From assembly GCA_963731235.1 (NCBI GenBank), contig CAVSUT010000021.1, forward strand, positions 81,402 to 145,401: a stretch of DNA of 64,000 nt, given 5' to 3'. The translations under genes and the position numbers were made by a program. Below the pieces are notes generated by a model. It had not been told where the DNA came from. It made no database searches and was given only the letters and a program-made list of their open reading frames with translations. The stretch is from an uncultured Actinomycetota bacterium. Its GTDB lineage: Bacteria; Actinomycetota; Actinomycetes; Actinomycetales; Dermatophilaceae. Shown piece by piece: positions 1 to 10,437 of this stretch (positions within the stretch are counted from its first letter, which is position 1; the number at the start of each line of letters is the position of its first letter).

Positions 1-17
1 CATGGTTCCTCGGACGG

Positions 18-842
18 TCAACGGGTGACGGGCGTGTCCGGTGCACTCACGTCGATGACCTTGGGCGAGGACTTCAGCAGGGCCGTCATGATCTTCAGCT
101 TCCGGTCGGGATCGTTGACCCCACCCCAGATCACGGTGGTCTTCCCCAGCTTGAGGGTGACGAGGTTGGCACTGCTGACGGTGACGTTGGAGACGCGGTG
201 CTGCATCGGCGCCGGCAGCACCCTGACGACGCTCACGGCCGCGGCCAGGGCGTCGCGGGACAGGGCCGCCTCGCTGGCTGCATGCACGGTGGGCACCCCC
301 TTCGGCGCGGTGCTGACCTGGGCGTACGCCAAGCCCTCCTCATCCACAACCTTTAGTTGACCTTGAGGGTTTTTGACCACGAGGAAGGGCACGCGGGGGC
401 TGGCGTGGATGACCAGGGTCCCCGGCCAGGACCGCTCGATCGAGACATCGGCGACGGTGGCCCGCTCGGCCACCCGCGCGGCGACGAGGTCCTGGTCGAC
501 CCGAGCCAGCGGTTGTCCGATCGGCACCCGGGCGAGGGCACGGATGGGGGCCACCTCGGAGCTCGGGACACCGACGACCTCGACGGTGCGGACCGCGAGC
601 AGCGGGCTGAACGCCACCACCCAGACGAGCAGGCCCAGGACGACCACGGCCGCCGCGGCATACGCGACGAGGCGCAGGGGGCGCCGCCGCACGTCCTGGG
701 CGCGCCGCTGGAACCGGGCCGCGGAGGAGGCCAGCCCGGTCCTCACGGTCGGCCGCGAGGCAGCCGGACGCGAGGCAGCCGGACGCGAGGCAGCCGGACG
801 CGAGGCAGCCGGACGCGGGGAGCTCGAGGGACGCGGGCTCAC
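18..842 (-). CDS. ftsQ: cell division protein FtsQ
   Basis: C-terminal 274 codons of track ORF 18..2333. Single TM (LVAYAAAAVVVLGLLVWVVAF) is followed by a POTRA-like VRTVEVVG segment and an FtsQ-type domain. GTG at 842 overlaps the murC stop (GTGA). It is the last gene in canonical dcw order. Confidence 0.85.
   Translation of the reverse strand: MSPRPSSSPRPAASRPAASRPAASRPAASRPTVRTGLASSAARFQRRAQDVRRRPLRLVAYAAAAVVVLGLLVWVVAFSPLLAVRTVEVVGVPSSEVAPIRALARVPIGQPLARVDQDLVAARVAERATVADVSIERSWPGTLVIHASPRVPFLVVKNPQGQLKVVDEEGLAYAQVSTAPKGVPTVHAASEAALSRDALAAAVSVVRVLPAPMQHRVSNVTVSSANLVTLKLGKTTVIWGGVNDPDRKLKIMTALLKSSPKVIDVSAPDTPVTR
755..817. repeat. perfect 15-bp tandem repeat x4 (gcgaggcagccggac) inside ftsQ, encoding (PAASR)4
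   Basis: Read directly: units at 755-769, 770-784, 785-799 and 800-814, plus a partial fifth. Confidence 0.95.
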
Positions 843-2278
843 GGGCGACCGAGGGCCCGGAGGATCTCCGGGCCGATCATGGTGACGTCGCCGGCACCCA
901 CGGTGAGGACGAGGTCTCCGGCGACGACCAGCTCGGCGACCGTGGCGGCGACGGCCGACCAGGACGGCACGACCTGGACGTGGGCCGCGGGCTCGAGCGC
1001 GGTCAGCGCGTCGGCCACGAGGGCGGAGGACACCCCCGGCACAGGGTCCTCGCGCGCGCCGTAGATCTCCATGAGCAGCACCACGTCGGCCGGCGCGAGG
1101 GCCTGCGCGAACGGCACGGCGAAGTCGCGGGTGCGCGAGTAGAGGTGGGGCTGGAAGACGACGACGAGCCGACCACGGTCGCCGACCAGCGCGGCGGCCG
1201 TGCTGACGACGGCAGCCACCTTGCCCGGGTTGTGCGCATAGTCGTCCACCACGGTGACCCCGGCCGCGGAGCCCTTGAGCTCGAAGCGCCGTCGGGTGCC
1301 GGTGAAGCCGAACAACCCGTCCAGGACGCGGGTCGGGTCCTGCTCGAGGCCCTCGACGGCGACGGTGTAGGCGGCTGCGGCGTTGAGCAGGTTGTGCCGG
1401 CCGGGGATGTTGATCCGCAGGGAGCGGTCCTGGCCGTCGGGGCCGGTCAGGGTGACGCGGCTCATCAGCCCGCGGGACACCTCGTCGCGCAGCACGACAT
1501 CGGCCTCGGCGTCGAAGCCGTAGGTGAGGACCCGGGTGCCGTCGGCCCGGGCGGCCAGGGCCAGCGCCCGGGACCCCTCGTCGTCGTGGCAGGCGACGAG
1601 CAGGCCACCGGGCTCGATGGAGGCGGCGAACGCGGAGTAGGCGGCCTGGACCCGTTCGAAGGTGCCGTAGAAGTCGAGGTGGTCGGGCTGGACGTTGGTG
1701 ACGACGCCGACCTCGGGGCGGTAGACCAGGAACGAGCCGTCGCTCTCGTCGGCCTCGGCGACGAAGACGTCGCCGGTCCCCCGGTGCGCGTTGGTGCCGT
1801 GCTTGGCCAGCTCTCCCCCGGCAGCGAACGACGGGTCGATCCCGCAGTGCTGCAGCGCCACCGTGAGCATCGACGTGGTCGTGGTCTTGCCGTTCGCCCC
1901 GGCGACCGCGACCCGGCGGGACCCGGCCATCGTGCTGGCCAGGGCCTGGGAACGGTGCAGGACGCGCAACCCGAGCGACCGGGCGGCCGCCAGCTCGAGG
2001 TTGTCCTCCCGGATGGCCGAGGAGATGACGACGGTCTGCACCCCCTCGAGGTGGGACCGGGCGTGCCCGACGTGCACGGTGGCTCCCTCGGCCTGCAGGG
2101 CCGCGAGCACCGGCGACTCCTTCGCGTCGGACCCGGACACGGTGCAGCCGCGCGCGAGCATCACGCGGGCGACCCCTGACATCCCGGCACCGCCGATGGC
2201 GATGAAGTGCACCGCACCCAGGTCCTCCAGCGGGGGCACCGGGTCGGTGAAGTCGAAGCGGTCGTTGGCACCGTTCAC
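839..2278 (-). CDS. murC: UDP-N-acetylmuramate--L-alanine ligase MurC
   Basis: 479-aa ORF with N-terminal GxGxxG-type fold (HFIAIGGAGMSGVARVML) and Mur ligase P-loop (VAGANGKTTTTSM). GTG start overlaps the murG stop. Confidence 0.95.
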   Translation of the reverse strand: MNGANDRFDFTDPVPPLEDLGAVHFIAIGGAGMSGVARVMLARGCTVSGSDAKESPVLAALQAEGATVHVGHARSHLEGVQTVVISSAIREDNLELAAARSLGLRVLHRSQALASTMAGSRRVAVAGANGKTTTTSMLTVALQHCGIDPSFAAGGELAKHGTNAHRGTGDVFVAEADESDGSFLVYRPEVGVVTNVQPDHLDFYGTFERVQAAYSAFAASIEPGGLLVACHDDEGSRALALAARADGTRVLTYGFDAEADVVLRDEVSRGLMSRVTLTGPDGQDRSLRINIPGRHNLLNAAAAYTVAVEGLEQDPTRVLDGLFGFTGTRRRFELKGSAAGVTVVDDYAHNPGKVAAVVSTAAALVGDRGRLVVVFQPHLYSRTRDFAVPFAQALAPADVVLLMEIYGAREDPVPGVSSALVADALTALEPAAHVQVVPSWSAVAATVAELVVAGDLVLTVGAGDVTMIGPEILRALGRP

Positions 2279-3415
2279 CGGGTCGACCCCGTGCCACCGG
2301 GTCCGCGGCCGCGACCGGACTCGCGCCAGGCACGCACCACCAGGTCGGCCAGCGCCTCGTCGGCGCCGCGGGCGCCGGACGCCGCCGAGGCCGCGGCCAT
2401 CGCGTCGAGCCGCTCGCTGTCCACGACGAGCGGGAGCAGCACGGTGTCGATCCAGCCGGGGCTCAGCGCGGCGTCGTCGACGATGACGCCACCCCCGGCA
2501 GCGACGACGTCCGCGGCGTTGAAGCGCTGCTCACCGTTGCCGATCGGCAACGGCACGTACACCGCCGGCAGCCCCACAGCGGTCAGCTCGCACACGGTGT
2601 TGGCCCCGGCGCGCGCGACGACGAGGTCGGCCGCGGCATACGCGAGGTCCATCCGGTCGGCGTAGGGCACCGTGACGTACGGCGCGCCCGGGCCCTCGAC
2701 CTCGGGCACGAACTCCTTGCCCGCCCCGGTGAGGTGCAGCACCTGCACCCCGGCCGCGCGCAGGACGCCGGCCCGGGCCTGGAACGCGGAGTTGAGGCGC
2801 TGCGCCCCGAGGGACCCCCCGGTCACCAGCACGGTCGGCCAGTGGTCCTCGAGCCCGAAGTGCGCCAGCCCCTCCGAGCGCGACGCCGCCCGGTCGAGCT
2901 GGCTGATCTCGCGGCGCAGCGGCATGCCGATCGCGGCTGGCGTGCGGCAGCGAGGTGCTCGCGAACGTCGTGGCGACGTACCTCGTGATGCGGGCGCCCA
3001 GCCGGTTCGCCAGGCCGGGTCGGGCGTTCTGCTCGTGGATGACGACGGGTATGCCGCGTCGCCGGGCGGCGATGTAGGCGGGGGTGGAGACGTAGCCACC
3101 GAAGCCGACGACGACCTGCGCCTGCGTCTGGTCGATGGCCCGCTCGGCAGCGGCGACCGCGGTGCGCAGGCTCGTCGGCAACCGGAGCAGGTCGGCCGAG
3201 GGACGACGCGGCAGCGGCACCTTGGGAACGGTGAGCAGCGGGTAGCCCCGCTCGGGCACCAGCCGGCTCTCGAGGCCGGTCTCGGTGCCCAGGGCGGTGA
3301 CGGTGATGTCGGGGTCACGGCGGCGCAGGCAGTCGGCGAGGGCGAGCAGCGGCGAGACATGGCCGGCCGTCCCGCCACCGGCCAGCAGGACCGACGTGGG
3401 CGTGTCAGCAGCCAT
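2275..3415 (-). pseudogene. murG: MurG (undecaprenyl-PP-MurNAc-pentapeptide GlcNAc transferase), reading frame broken by one extra nucleotide as assembled
   Basis: The N-terminal half ([27 protein letters not shown]...[13 protein letters not shown]) lies in the frame of track ORF 2531..4933, starting at ATG 3415 (ATGA overlap with the ftsW stop). The C-terminal half (IGMPLRREI...[10 protein letters not shown]...[31 protein letters not shown]) lies in the frame of ORF 2275..3378. The span is 1141 nt (3n+1). The junction is near 2930-2945. Confidence 0.85.
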
Positions 3416-4689
3416 CAGCGGTTCCGCCGCCCCGGGAGGACGGCCAGCGAACGGCGGACCACCGACGGCTTGGCCGACAACGCCTCGGCGCACCCCGGCT
3501 CCTGCCGTGCGAAGGACAGCAGCATCCCGAGCGCGAACATCGTCGTCATCAGCGACGAACCGCCGTAGGACACCAACGGGAGGGGGACACCGATGACGGG
3601 CAGCAGCCCGATGACCGCGCCGATGTTGATGATGGCCTGGCAGACGATCCACGCCAGCACGCCGGCGGTGGCGATCCGGACGAACATGTCCTTGCTGCGC
3701 AACACGATCCGGTAGCAGACCAGGGTGAGCGCGCAGAACAGGCCGAGCATGACGAGGGTGCCGGGCAGGCCGAGCTCCTCGCCGAGGATGGCGAAGATGA
3801 AGTCGTTGTGCGCCTCGGGCAGCCACGACCACTTCTCGCGGGAGGCGCCGAGGCCGACGCCCCACCAGCCGCCGTCCGCGAGGGCGTAGCGACCGTGCAG
3901 CGGTTGGCGCGCGGCACCGTACGGGTCGGTGTCCTTGCCCAGCCACACGTCGAAGCGGGCCAGCCGGTTGGGGCTGGTCACCACCATGAGCACGGCGATC
4001 GCCGTGAAGACCGAGGCCCCCCAGATGAAGAGGCGCCGCGGCACCCCGGCGGCGAACAGCAGGGCGGCGACGATGCCACCCATGACCATGACGGTGCCGA
4101 GGTCGTGGCCGAGCAGCACCAGGCCGAGCGTCATGATGGCGACCGGGAAGAGGAACGGCACGACGACGTGCTTGAGCTGGCCGAGCGAACGTCGTTTGGC
4201 CGACAGGATCGCGGCACCGACCAGGACGAGCCCGACCTTGGTGAACTCCGAGGGCTGCACGGTCACTGGACCGACCCCCAGCCAGTTGCGGTTGCCGTTG
4301 ACCGACACCCCCAGCGGGGTGAAGACGAGCACCTGCAGGAACAGGGCGCCGACCAGGATCGGCACGGACAGCGCCTTCCAGGTGCGCACCGGCACGTGCG
4401 CTGCGACGGCCATGGCGATGCCGCCGAGGACCGCGAACTGCAGCTGCTTGCGGAAGTAGACGTAGGGGGTGGCGTTGTCGGTCTCCACGAGCGACTTCAC
4501 CGACGATGCCGACAGGACCATGATCAGGCCGATGACGACCAGGACCACGGCGACGGAGAGCAGCACGTAGTAGCTCGTCACGGGTGAGTCGAGGCGCTGC
4601 AGCCAGGTGCCGAACCTGGTGGGCTCCTCGCGTCGGGCCGTGGTGGCAGCGCGCGGCTTCGAGGGCGGCGCGGCGGTCGTACTGCTCAC
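3415..4689 (-). CDS. ftsW: FtsW/RodA/SpoVE (SEDS) family cell-division protein
   Basis: 424-aa polytopic membrane ORF located between murD and murG. GTG start overlaps the murD stop. Confidence 0.9.
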   Translation of the reverse strand: MSSTTAAPPSKPRAATTARREEPTRFGTWLQRLDSPVTSYYVLLSVAVVLVVIGLIMVLSASSVKSLVETDNATPYVYFRKQLQFAVLGGIAMAVAAHVPVRTWKALSVPILVGALFLQVLVFTPLGVSVNGNRNWLGVGPVTVQPSEFTKVGLVLVGAAILSAKRRSLGQLKHVVVPFLFPVAIMTLGLVLLGHDLGTVMVMGGIVAALLFAAGVPRRLFIWGASVFTAIAVLMVVTSPNRLARFDVWLGKDTDPYGAARQPLHGRYALADGGWWGVGLGASREKWSWLPEAHNDFIFAILGEELGLPGTLVMLGLFCALTLVCYRIVLRSKDMFVRIATAGVLAWIVCQAIINIGAVIGLLPVIGVPLPLVSYGGSSLMTTMFALGMLLSFARQEPGCAEALSAKPSVVRRSLAVLPGRRNR

Positions 4690-6230
4690 GGGAGCTCCCC
4701 CTGCTGGCCGTCGGGGCCGGCAGCGTCCTCACCACGCCCGTGGGCAGCGCCGCGCCGCGACACCGCCGCGGCGAAGGCGTCGCCCCGGGCGCCGTAGTCG
4801 GTGAACATGTCCATCGAGGCGGCCGCCGGTGCGAGCAGCACGACGTCACCGCTGCGGGCAAGCCCTGCGGCGTGCTCGAGCACGACATCCATGACCCCAG
4901 TGTCCGTGCTCGACACGTCGACCACCGGGACATCCGGCGCGTGTCGGGTCAACGCCTCGGCGATCGCCGCGCGGTCGGCGCCGATGAGGACGACGGCACG
5001 CAGCCGGGGCGCGGCCTCGCGGACCAGGCCGTCGACGTCGGCCCCCTTGAGCAGCCCGCCGGCGACCCATACGACGTGCTCGAAGGACAGCAGCGACGCC
5101 AGCGCCGCGTGCGGGTTGGTGGCCTTGGAGTCGTCGACGTAGCGGACCCCGTCGACCACCCCGCAGTCGGCGATGCGGTGCGGCTCGGGGCGAAAGCTCC
5201 GCAGCCCGTCACGGACGGCGACCGGTGACACCCCGTAGGCGCGCGCCAGGGCGGCGGCGGCGAGGGCGTTGGCGAGGTGGTGCGGTGCCAGGGTCGCGGC
5301 CGCGCCGCGGACGTCGTCGAGGGTGGCGAGCTCGGCTGCCGAGGTCTTGCGCTGCTCGACGAACGCGCGGTCGGCGAGGATGTCCTCGACGACGCCGACC
5401 ATGGACGGGCCGGGGGTGCCCAGGGTGAACCCGATGGCGCGACACCCCTCCTGGACCTCGGCGTCCCTGACGAGCTGCTCGGTCGCCGGGTCCTGGACGT
5501 TGTAGACGCAGGCGACCTTGGTGTTCGCGTAGACCTTGCCCTTGCTGGCGGTGTACTCCTCGAACGACCCGTGCCAGTCGACGTGGTCGGGGGCGACGTT
5601 GAGGCAGGCGGAGGCGTACGGGGCGAGGCTGTCCGACCAGTGCAGCTGGAAGCTCGAGAGCTCGACGGCGATGACGTCGTAGGGCTCGGGGTGCAGCACC
5701 GCCTCGAGGATCGGGGTGCCGACGTTGCCGGCGGCGGTCGCCCGCAGCCCTGCCGCCCGCAGCATCTCGGCGAGCATCGTCACCGTGGTGGTCTTGCCGT
5801 TGGTGCCGGTGACGGTGAGCCACGGGGCCGGCCCGACGGCGGCCCTCATCCGCCAGGCCAGCTCGACCTCGCCCCACACGGGGATCCCGGCCGCGGCAGC
5901 CTGGACGAGCAGGGGCTGGTCGGGCCGCCACCCCGGGGAGGTGACGACGAGGTCGGCGGCCAAGCCCTGCGGCACACCGCTGACGTGCTCGGGTCCGAGC
6001 CGCACGTCCACACCGAGGATGTCCAGGATGCGGGCCCGCTCCCCCAGCCGGGTGTTGACCTCGGGGTCGCCACCGTCGACGGCCACGACGTGGGCGCCCC
6101 GCTCGTGCAGGGCGTCCGCGGCCGCGAAGCCGCTGACGCCGAGCCCGGCGACGACGACCCGCAGGCCGCTCCAGTCCGCGCTGCCGCTGGTCAGCCCGTC
6201 GAGCCGTCCGCCGACCGGTGTGCTGCTCAC
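4686..6230 (-). CDS. murD: UDP-N-acetylmuramoylalanine--D-glutamate ligase MurD
   Basis: 514-aa ORF with N-terminal Rossmann motif ([17 protein letters not shown]) and Mur ligase P-loop ([13 protein letters not shown]). Confidence 0.93.
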   Translation of the reverse strand: MSSTPVGGRLDGLTSGSADWSGLRVVVAGLGVSGFAAADALHERGAHVVAVDGGDPEVNTRLGERARILDILGVDVRLGPEHVSGVPQGLAADLVVTSPGWRPDQPLLVQAAAAGIPVWGEVELAWRMRAAVGPAPWLTVTGTNGKTTTVTMLAEMLRAAGLRATAAGNVGTPILEAVLHPEPYDVIAVELSSFQLHWSDSLAPYASACLNVAPDHVDWHGSFEEYTASKGKVYANTKVACVYNVQDPATEQLVRDAEVQEGCRAIGFTLGTPGPSMVGVVEDILADRAFVEQRKTSAAELATLDDVRGAAATLAPHHLANALAAAALARAYGVSPVAVRDGLRSFRPEPHRIADCGVVDGVRYVDDSKATNPHAALASLLSFEHVVWVAGGLLKGADVDGLVREAAPRLRAVVLIGADRAAIAEALTRHAPDVPVVDVSSTDTGVMDVVLEHAAGLARSGDVVLLAPAAASMDMFTDYGARGDAFAAAVSRRGAAHGRGEDAAGPDGQQGELP

Positions 6231-6274
6231 TGCTGGTGCTTCCTCACTGCTGGTGCTGCCTCACTGCTGGTGCC
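6226..6274. repeat. 17-bp tandem repeat x3 (ctcactgctggtgctNc) in the mraY-murD junction, overlapping the murD GTG start
   Basis: Read directly: 15-nt cores at 6226-6240, 6243-6257 and 6260-6274, separated by 2 nt. On the minus strand each unit reads AGCACCAGCAGTGAGGN. Confidence 0.9.
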
Positions 6275-6297
6275 ACTGCGGGGTTGGTGGGACGGGG

Positions 6298-7380
6298 CTA
6301 CTGGGCCCCGACGACCCACTCGGCGTAGAAGAGTCCCAGGCCGAGCGCGACGAAGAGCCCGGCGATGATCCAGAACCGGATGACGATGGTGACCTCGTTC
6401 CACCCGAGCAGCTCGAAGTGGTGCTGCAGCGGCGCCATCCGGAAGACCCGTTTGCCGGTCATCTTGAACGAGCCGACCTGGATGATCACCGAGAGGGTGA
6501 TGGTGACGAACAGTCCGCCGAGGATGACCACGAGCAGCTCGGTGCGCGTGGTGATCGCGAGCCCGGCCAGCGCCCCACCGAGGGCCAGCGAGCCGGTGTC
6601 GCCCATGAAGATCTTGGCGGGCGAGGCGTTCCACCACAGGAAGCCGAAGCAGGCCCCCATCGCGGCGGCAGCCACCACCGCCAGGTCCCGGGAGTCGCGG
6701 ACCTCGTAGCACTTCAGGCCGGGGGTGATCTGGCAGTTCTGGTTGCCCTGCCAGATGCCGATGAGGACGTAGGCCGCGAACACCATCACCGAGGCGCCGG
6801 TGGCGAGCCCGTCGAGCCCGTCGGTGAGGTTCACGCCGTTGGACGTGCCGGCGATCATGAGGTTGGCCCAGATGACGAACAGGATGAGCCCGACCAGGGT
6901 CCCCGCGAACGCCAGGTTGACCGGGGTGTCACGGACGAACGAGATGTAGGTCGAGGCCGGCGTGCGGTGCTTGGCGTTGGGGAACTGCAGCGCCAGCACG
7001 GCGAAGACCACGGCCACGAGCGTCTGGCCCGCGAGCTTCTCCCGCGACCGCAGGCCCAGGCTGCGCTGCTTGGAGATCTTGATGTAGTCGTCGAGGAACC
7101 CGACCAGCCCGAGTCCGGCCATGAGGAACAGGACCAGGACACCGCTCCACGTCACCGGTGTGCCGGTGGCCACGTGCGCGACGGCGTAGGCCGCCAGGCT
7201 CGACCCGATGATGACCGCGCCACCCATGGTGGGCGTGCCGCGCTTGGTGTGGTGCGAGGTCGGGCCGTCGTCGCGGATGAACTGGCCGTAGCCCTGCTTG
7301 ACGAGGAACTTGATGAACATCGGTGTGCCGAACAGGGCGCCCACGAGGGAGACGACGGCAGCGATCAGGACCGCCTTCAC
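6298..7380 (-). CDS. mraY: phospho-N-acetylmuramoyl-pentapeptide transferase MraY
   Basis: Polytopic membrane ORF with MraY-type motifs ([25 protein letters not shown]). GTG at 7380 forms a GTGA overlap with the murF stop. The track ORF extends to 7437, but the upstream residues are Arg-rich and look non-native. Confidence 0.92.
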   Translation of the reverse strand: MKAVLIAAVVSLVGALFGTPMFIKFLVKQGYGQFIRDDGPTSHHTKRGTPTMGGAVIIGSSLAAYAVAHVATGTPVTWSGVLVLFLMAGLGLVGFLDDYIKISKQRSLGLRSREKLAGQTLVAVVFAVLALQFPNAKHRTPASTYISFVRDTPVNLAFAGTLVGLILFVIWANLMIAGTSNGVNLTDGLDGLATGASVMVFAAYVLIGIWQGNQNCQITPGLKCYEVRDSRDLAVVAAAAMGACFGFLWWNASPAKIFMGDTGSLALGGALAGLAITTRTELLVVILGGLFVTITLSVIIQVGSFKMTGKRVFRMAPLQHHFELLGWNEVTIVIRFWIIAGLFVALGLGLFYAEWVVGAQ

Positions 7381-8798
7381 GTCGCGTCCTCCTTGCCGTC
7401 GATGGCGTCGGGGGCTGCCACCTTGTCTCCGAGCCACCGTAGCCCGGCGTCACGGCTGGACTTGAACAACACGACGTCACCGGGGCGAAGATTCTTCACG
7501 AGGAGGTCGTGCGCGGCGTCGGCGTCGGGCACCCAGACGGCCTCCTCCCCCCACGAGCCCTCGTGCTGGGCGCCGCTGGCCATCGGTCGGGCGACCTCGC
7601 CGACGACGACGAGGCGGGAGATGTTCAGCCGCACCGCGAGCCGCCCGATGGCGTCGTGCTCGGTCGTGCTCTCGTCGCCGAGCTCGAGCATCGAGCCGAG
7701 GACGGCCCAGGTGCGCCGGTCGCGCCCCATCGCGGCCAGCGCCTTGAGGGCGGCGCGCATCGAGTCGGGGTTGGCGTTGTAGGCGTCGTTGACGACGGTG
7801 ACCCCGTCGGGCCGCTCGACGACCTCCATGCGCCAGCGCGAGGCAGGGGTCGCCGTGGACAGGGCCTGCACGACGGCGTCCAGGGACAGCCCGCACTCCA
7901 GGGCCGTGGCCACGACGGCCAGGGCGTTGCCGACGTGGTGCTCGCCGTGCAGCGGCAGGCTCACCTCGGCCTCGCCCGAGGGGGTGAGCAGCCGGAAGGT
8001 CGGCCGGCCGGCGGCGTCGAGGACGATGTCGTCGGCGCGGACGGCCGCGTCAGGTGCGGTGCCGACCAGCTGGACGCGGGCACCGGTGCGGGTCGCCATC
8101 GCCCGGACGACCGCGTCGTCGGCGTTGAGGACCGCCAGCCCGTCGCCCGGCAGCGCTGCCACGAGCTCGGCCTTGGCCACCGCGATCGCCTCACGGGAGC
8201 CGAACTCCCCCACGTGGGCGGTGCCGACGTTGAGCTCGATCCCGATCCGCGGCGGCGCGATCGTGGTGAGGTACTCGATGTGCCCGACCCCCCGGGCACC
8301 CATCTCGACGACGAGGAAACGGGTGTCAGGGGTGACCCGGAAGACGGTGAGCGGGACCCCGACCTCGGAGTTGAGCGATCCCACCGGCGCGACGGTCGGG
8401 GCAGCCGACGACAGCACGCTCGCCAGGAGGTCCTTGGTCGAGGTCTTGCCCGAGGAGCCGGTGATGCCGATGACGGTGAGGTCGTCGTGGCGGTCCACCA
8501 CGGCCCGGGCCAGCGACGCCAACCCTGCCTGGATGTCGTCCACCACGACGCAGGGCAGCTCTGGCACCTCGCGGGTGGTCAGGGCCGCCACCGCCCCGAG
8601 GGCCGCGGCCGCACCGACGAACTGGTGGCCGTCGAGCTGCTCCCCGACCCGGGCGATGTAGAGACCACCGGGCCCCGCCTCGCGGGAGTCGGTGACCACG
8701 GGACCGTCGACGACCAGGCGGCCGGCCTCGTCCTCGGGTATGCCGTGGAGTCGCCCACCGGTGATGGTCGCGACCTCCTGGAGCGACAACGGGATCAC
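7377..8798 (-). CDS. murF: UDP-N-acetylmuramoyl-tripeptide--D-alanyl-D-alanine ligase MurF
   Basis: 473-aa ORF with Mur ligase P-loop ([12 protein letters not shown]). dcw position is as expected. GTG start overlaps the murE stop. Confidence 0.93.
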   Translation of the reverse strand: MIPLSLQEVATITGGRLHGIPEDEAGRLVVDGPVVTDSREAGPGGLYIARVGEQLDGHQFVGAAAALGAVAALTTREVPELPCVVVDDIQAGLASLARAVVDRHDDLTVIGITGSSGKTSTKDLLASVLSSAAPTVAPVGSLNSEVGVPLTVFRVTPDTRFLVVEMGARGVGHIEYLTTIAPPRIGIELNVGTAHVGEFGSREAIAVAKAELVAALPGDGLAVLNADDAVVRAMATRTGARVQLVGTAPDAAVRADDIVLDAAGRPTFRLLTPSGEAEVSLPLHGEHHVGNALAVVATALECGLSLDAVVQALSTATPASRWRMEVVERPDGVTVVNDAYNANPDSMRAALKALAAMGRDRRTWAVLGSMLELGDESTTEHDAIGRLAVRLNISRLVVVGEVARPMASGAQHEGSWGEEAVWVPDADAAHDLLVKNLRPGDVVLFKSSRDAGLRWLGDKVAAPDAIDGKEDAT

Positions 8799-10420
8799 TG
8801 CGAACCTCTCGTGCCGGTGGCGACCGCGCGCAGGGCGCGGGCCACCTCCTCGCGGTCGTCGAAGGGATGGATGGTGCCGCCGATGTCCTGGCCCGTCTCG
8901 TGGCCCTTGCCCACGACGGCGACGACGCTGCCGGGACCGCGGGCGTGGGCCTCGCGGATGGCGGTGTCGATGGCCGTGGCCCGGTCGTCCACGTCGTGCA
9001 GGTCCTGGGTGCCCCCGGCGCCGGCTGCGTCACGGGCACCGTCGAGGACCGCGGCGCGGATCACCGCAGGGTCCTCGGAGCGCGGGTTGTCGTCGGTGAC
9101 GACGACGACGTCCGCCCCCAGCGCAGCCGCCCGCCCCATCGCGGAACGCTTGCCGGTGTCACGGTCACCACCGGCCCCCAGGACCACGACGAGGGCGCCG
9201 GTGGTCTGGGGTCGCAGCGCCTTGAGGGCCGCGGCGACGGCGTCCGGGGTGTGGGCGTAGTCGACGACGACCAGCGGCAGGGACGGGTCGAGGGCTCCGT
9301 CAAGGCCTCCGTCAAGGCCTCCGTCAGGGGCTCCGTCGAGGGTCACCCTCTCCATCCGGCCGGGCACGTGCGGGTCGCGGCGCAGCGCCTGCTCCACCAC
9401 CGGGGCCTCCAGGCCCGAGGCGAGCAGGGCCAGGGCGGCCATCGCGGTGTTGACCCGGTTGAAGTCACCCGGGAGGGCCGAGCGCAGCTCCAGGGTGGTG
9501 GTGCCGTCCGAGAGGGTGAAGCCGGCCGGGTCGTGGTCCGTGCCGCTGTCGGTGCCGCTGTCCGGGGTGGCGTCCGCCACGAGGTGCCAGTCGGCCTCGA
9601 CGTCGGGCAGCGAGGTCATCGTCGTGACCGGAACGGTGGCCAGGGTCGCGAGCTCACGGCCCCACTCGTCGTCGACGCACACGATCCCGCGGCGGGAGCG
9701 TTCCGGCGTGAACAGGGACGCCTTCGCCAGGAAGTAGTCGCGCATGGTCGGGTGGAAGTCGAGGTGGTCCTGCGAGAGGTTGGTGAACAGCGCCACGTCG
9801 TAGACGACACCGTCGACCCGGTGCTGGCTCAGGGCATGGCTCGAGACCTCCATGACGCAGGAGTCGACCGAGCGCTCCCGCATCACCGCGAGCAGGGCGT
9901 GCAGGACGGTGGCCTCCGGCGTCGTCCGCATGCTCCGCAGCCGCTGGTCCCCGATGCGGGTCTCCACCGTGCCGATGAGACCGGTGGTCTGGCCGAGCGC
10001 CGTCAGGGCGGAGTCCATGAGGTAGGCCACCGTCGTCTTGCCGTTGGTCCCGGTCACGCCGAACAGCCCGAACCCGAGGTCGGCGGTGCCGTAGAGGGCC
10101 CGGGCCACCGAACCCACGACGCTGCGTGGCTGTTCGACCACCACGGTCGGCACGGTGACCCCGGCGGCGGCCAGCACCTCGACACCGTCGGCGTCGGTGA
10201 GGACGGCGACCGCGCCCGACTCCACCGCCCCGGCGGCATACCGGGCACCGTGGGCGTTGGCACCCGGGAGGGCCGCGTAGAGGTCACCCGGCACGACGTC
10301 CTGGGAGGCCAGGGTGACCCCGGACACCCTGACGTCCTCACCGTGGACGGCTCCCCCCACGAGGGTGGCCACGGCGGAGATCGGGGTGGCGTGCAGGGAC
10401 GCCGGACGGGGGGAAGGCAC
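8795..10420 (-). CDS. murE: UDP-N-acetylmuramoyl-L-alanyl-D-glutamate--2,6-diaminopimelate ligase MurE
   Basis: 541-aa ORF with P-loop [13 protein letters not shown] and a DNPR motif (VVVTDDNPRSEDP) typical of meso-DAP-adding MurE. Confidence 0.93.
   Translation of the reverse strand: MPSPRPASLHATPISAVATLVGGAVHGEDVRVSGVTLASQDVVPGDLYAALPGANAHGARYAAGAVESGAVAVLTDADGVEVLAAAGVTVPTVVVEQPRSVVGSVARALYGTADLGFGLFGVTGTNGKTTVAYLMDSALTALGQTTGLIGTVETRIGDQRLRSMRTTPEATVLHALLAVMRERSVDSCVMEVSSHALSQHRVDGVVYDVALFTNLSQDHLDFHPTMRDYFLAKASLFTPERSRRGIVCVDDEWGRELATLATVPVTTMTSLPDVEADWHLVADATPDSGTDSGTDHDPAGFTLSDGTTTLELRSALPGDFNRVNTAMAALALLASGLEAPVVEQALRRDPHVPGRMERVTLDGAPDGGLDGGLDGALDPSLPLVVVDYAHTPDAVAAALKALRPQTTGALVVVLGAGGDRDTGKRSAMGRAAALGADVVVVTDDNPRSEDPAVIRAAVLDGARDAAGAGGTQDLHDVDDRATAIDTAIREAHARGPGSVVAVVGKGHETGQDIGGTIHPFDDREEVARALRAVATGTRGSQ
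9289..9340. repeat. 12-bp periodic tandem repeat inside murE encoding a (GGLD)n-like insert
   Basis: Units are cgagggctccgt / caaggcctccgt / caaggcctccgt / caggggctccgt, read directly. The protein reads DGAPDGGLDGGLDGALD. Confidence 0.85.
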
Positions 10421-10437
10421 GGGCAGCGAGCCTACCG

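Noticed and set aside
18-2333. 771-aa track ORF spanning ftsQ and all of murC in another frame
   Set aside because: Only the last 274 codons look like a protein (FtsQ). The upstream part is Arg/Pro/Gly-rich shadow sequence overlapping the well-supported murC ORF, which is typical of out-of-frame reading in very GC-rich DNA.
2925-2950. Programmed ribosomal frameshifting as the explanation for the murG, sseA and hrpA frame breaks
   Set aside because: No X XXY YYZ slippery heptamer, SD-like stimulator or downstream stable hairpin is visible at any of the three junctions. Simple indels are more parsimonious.
2531-4933. 800-aa minus-strand ORF across murG/ftsW/murD
   Set aside because: It is a composite. 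Only residues corresponding to 2939-3415 (the MurG N-terminal half) are meaningful. The rest is an out-of-frame shadow of ftsW and murD.
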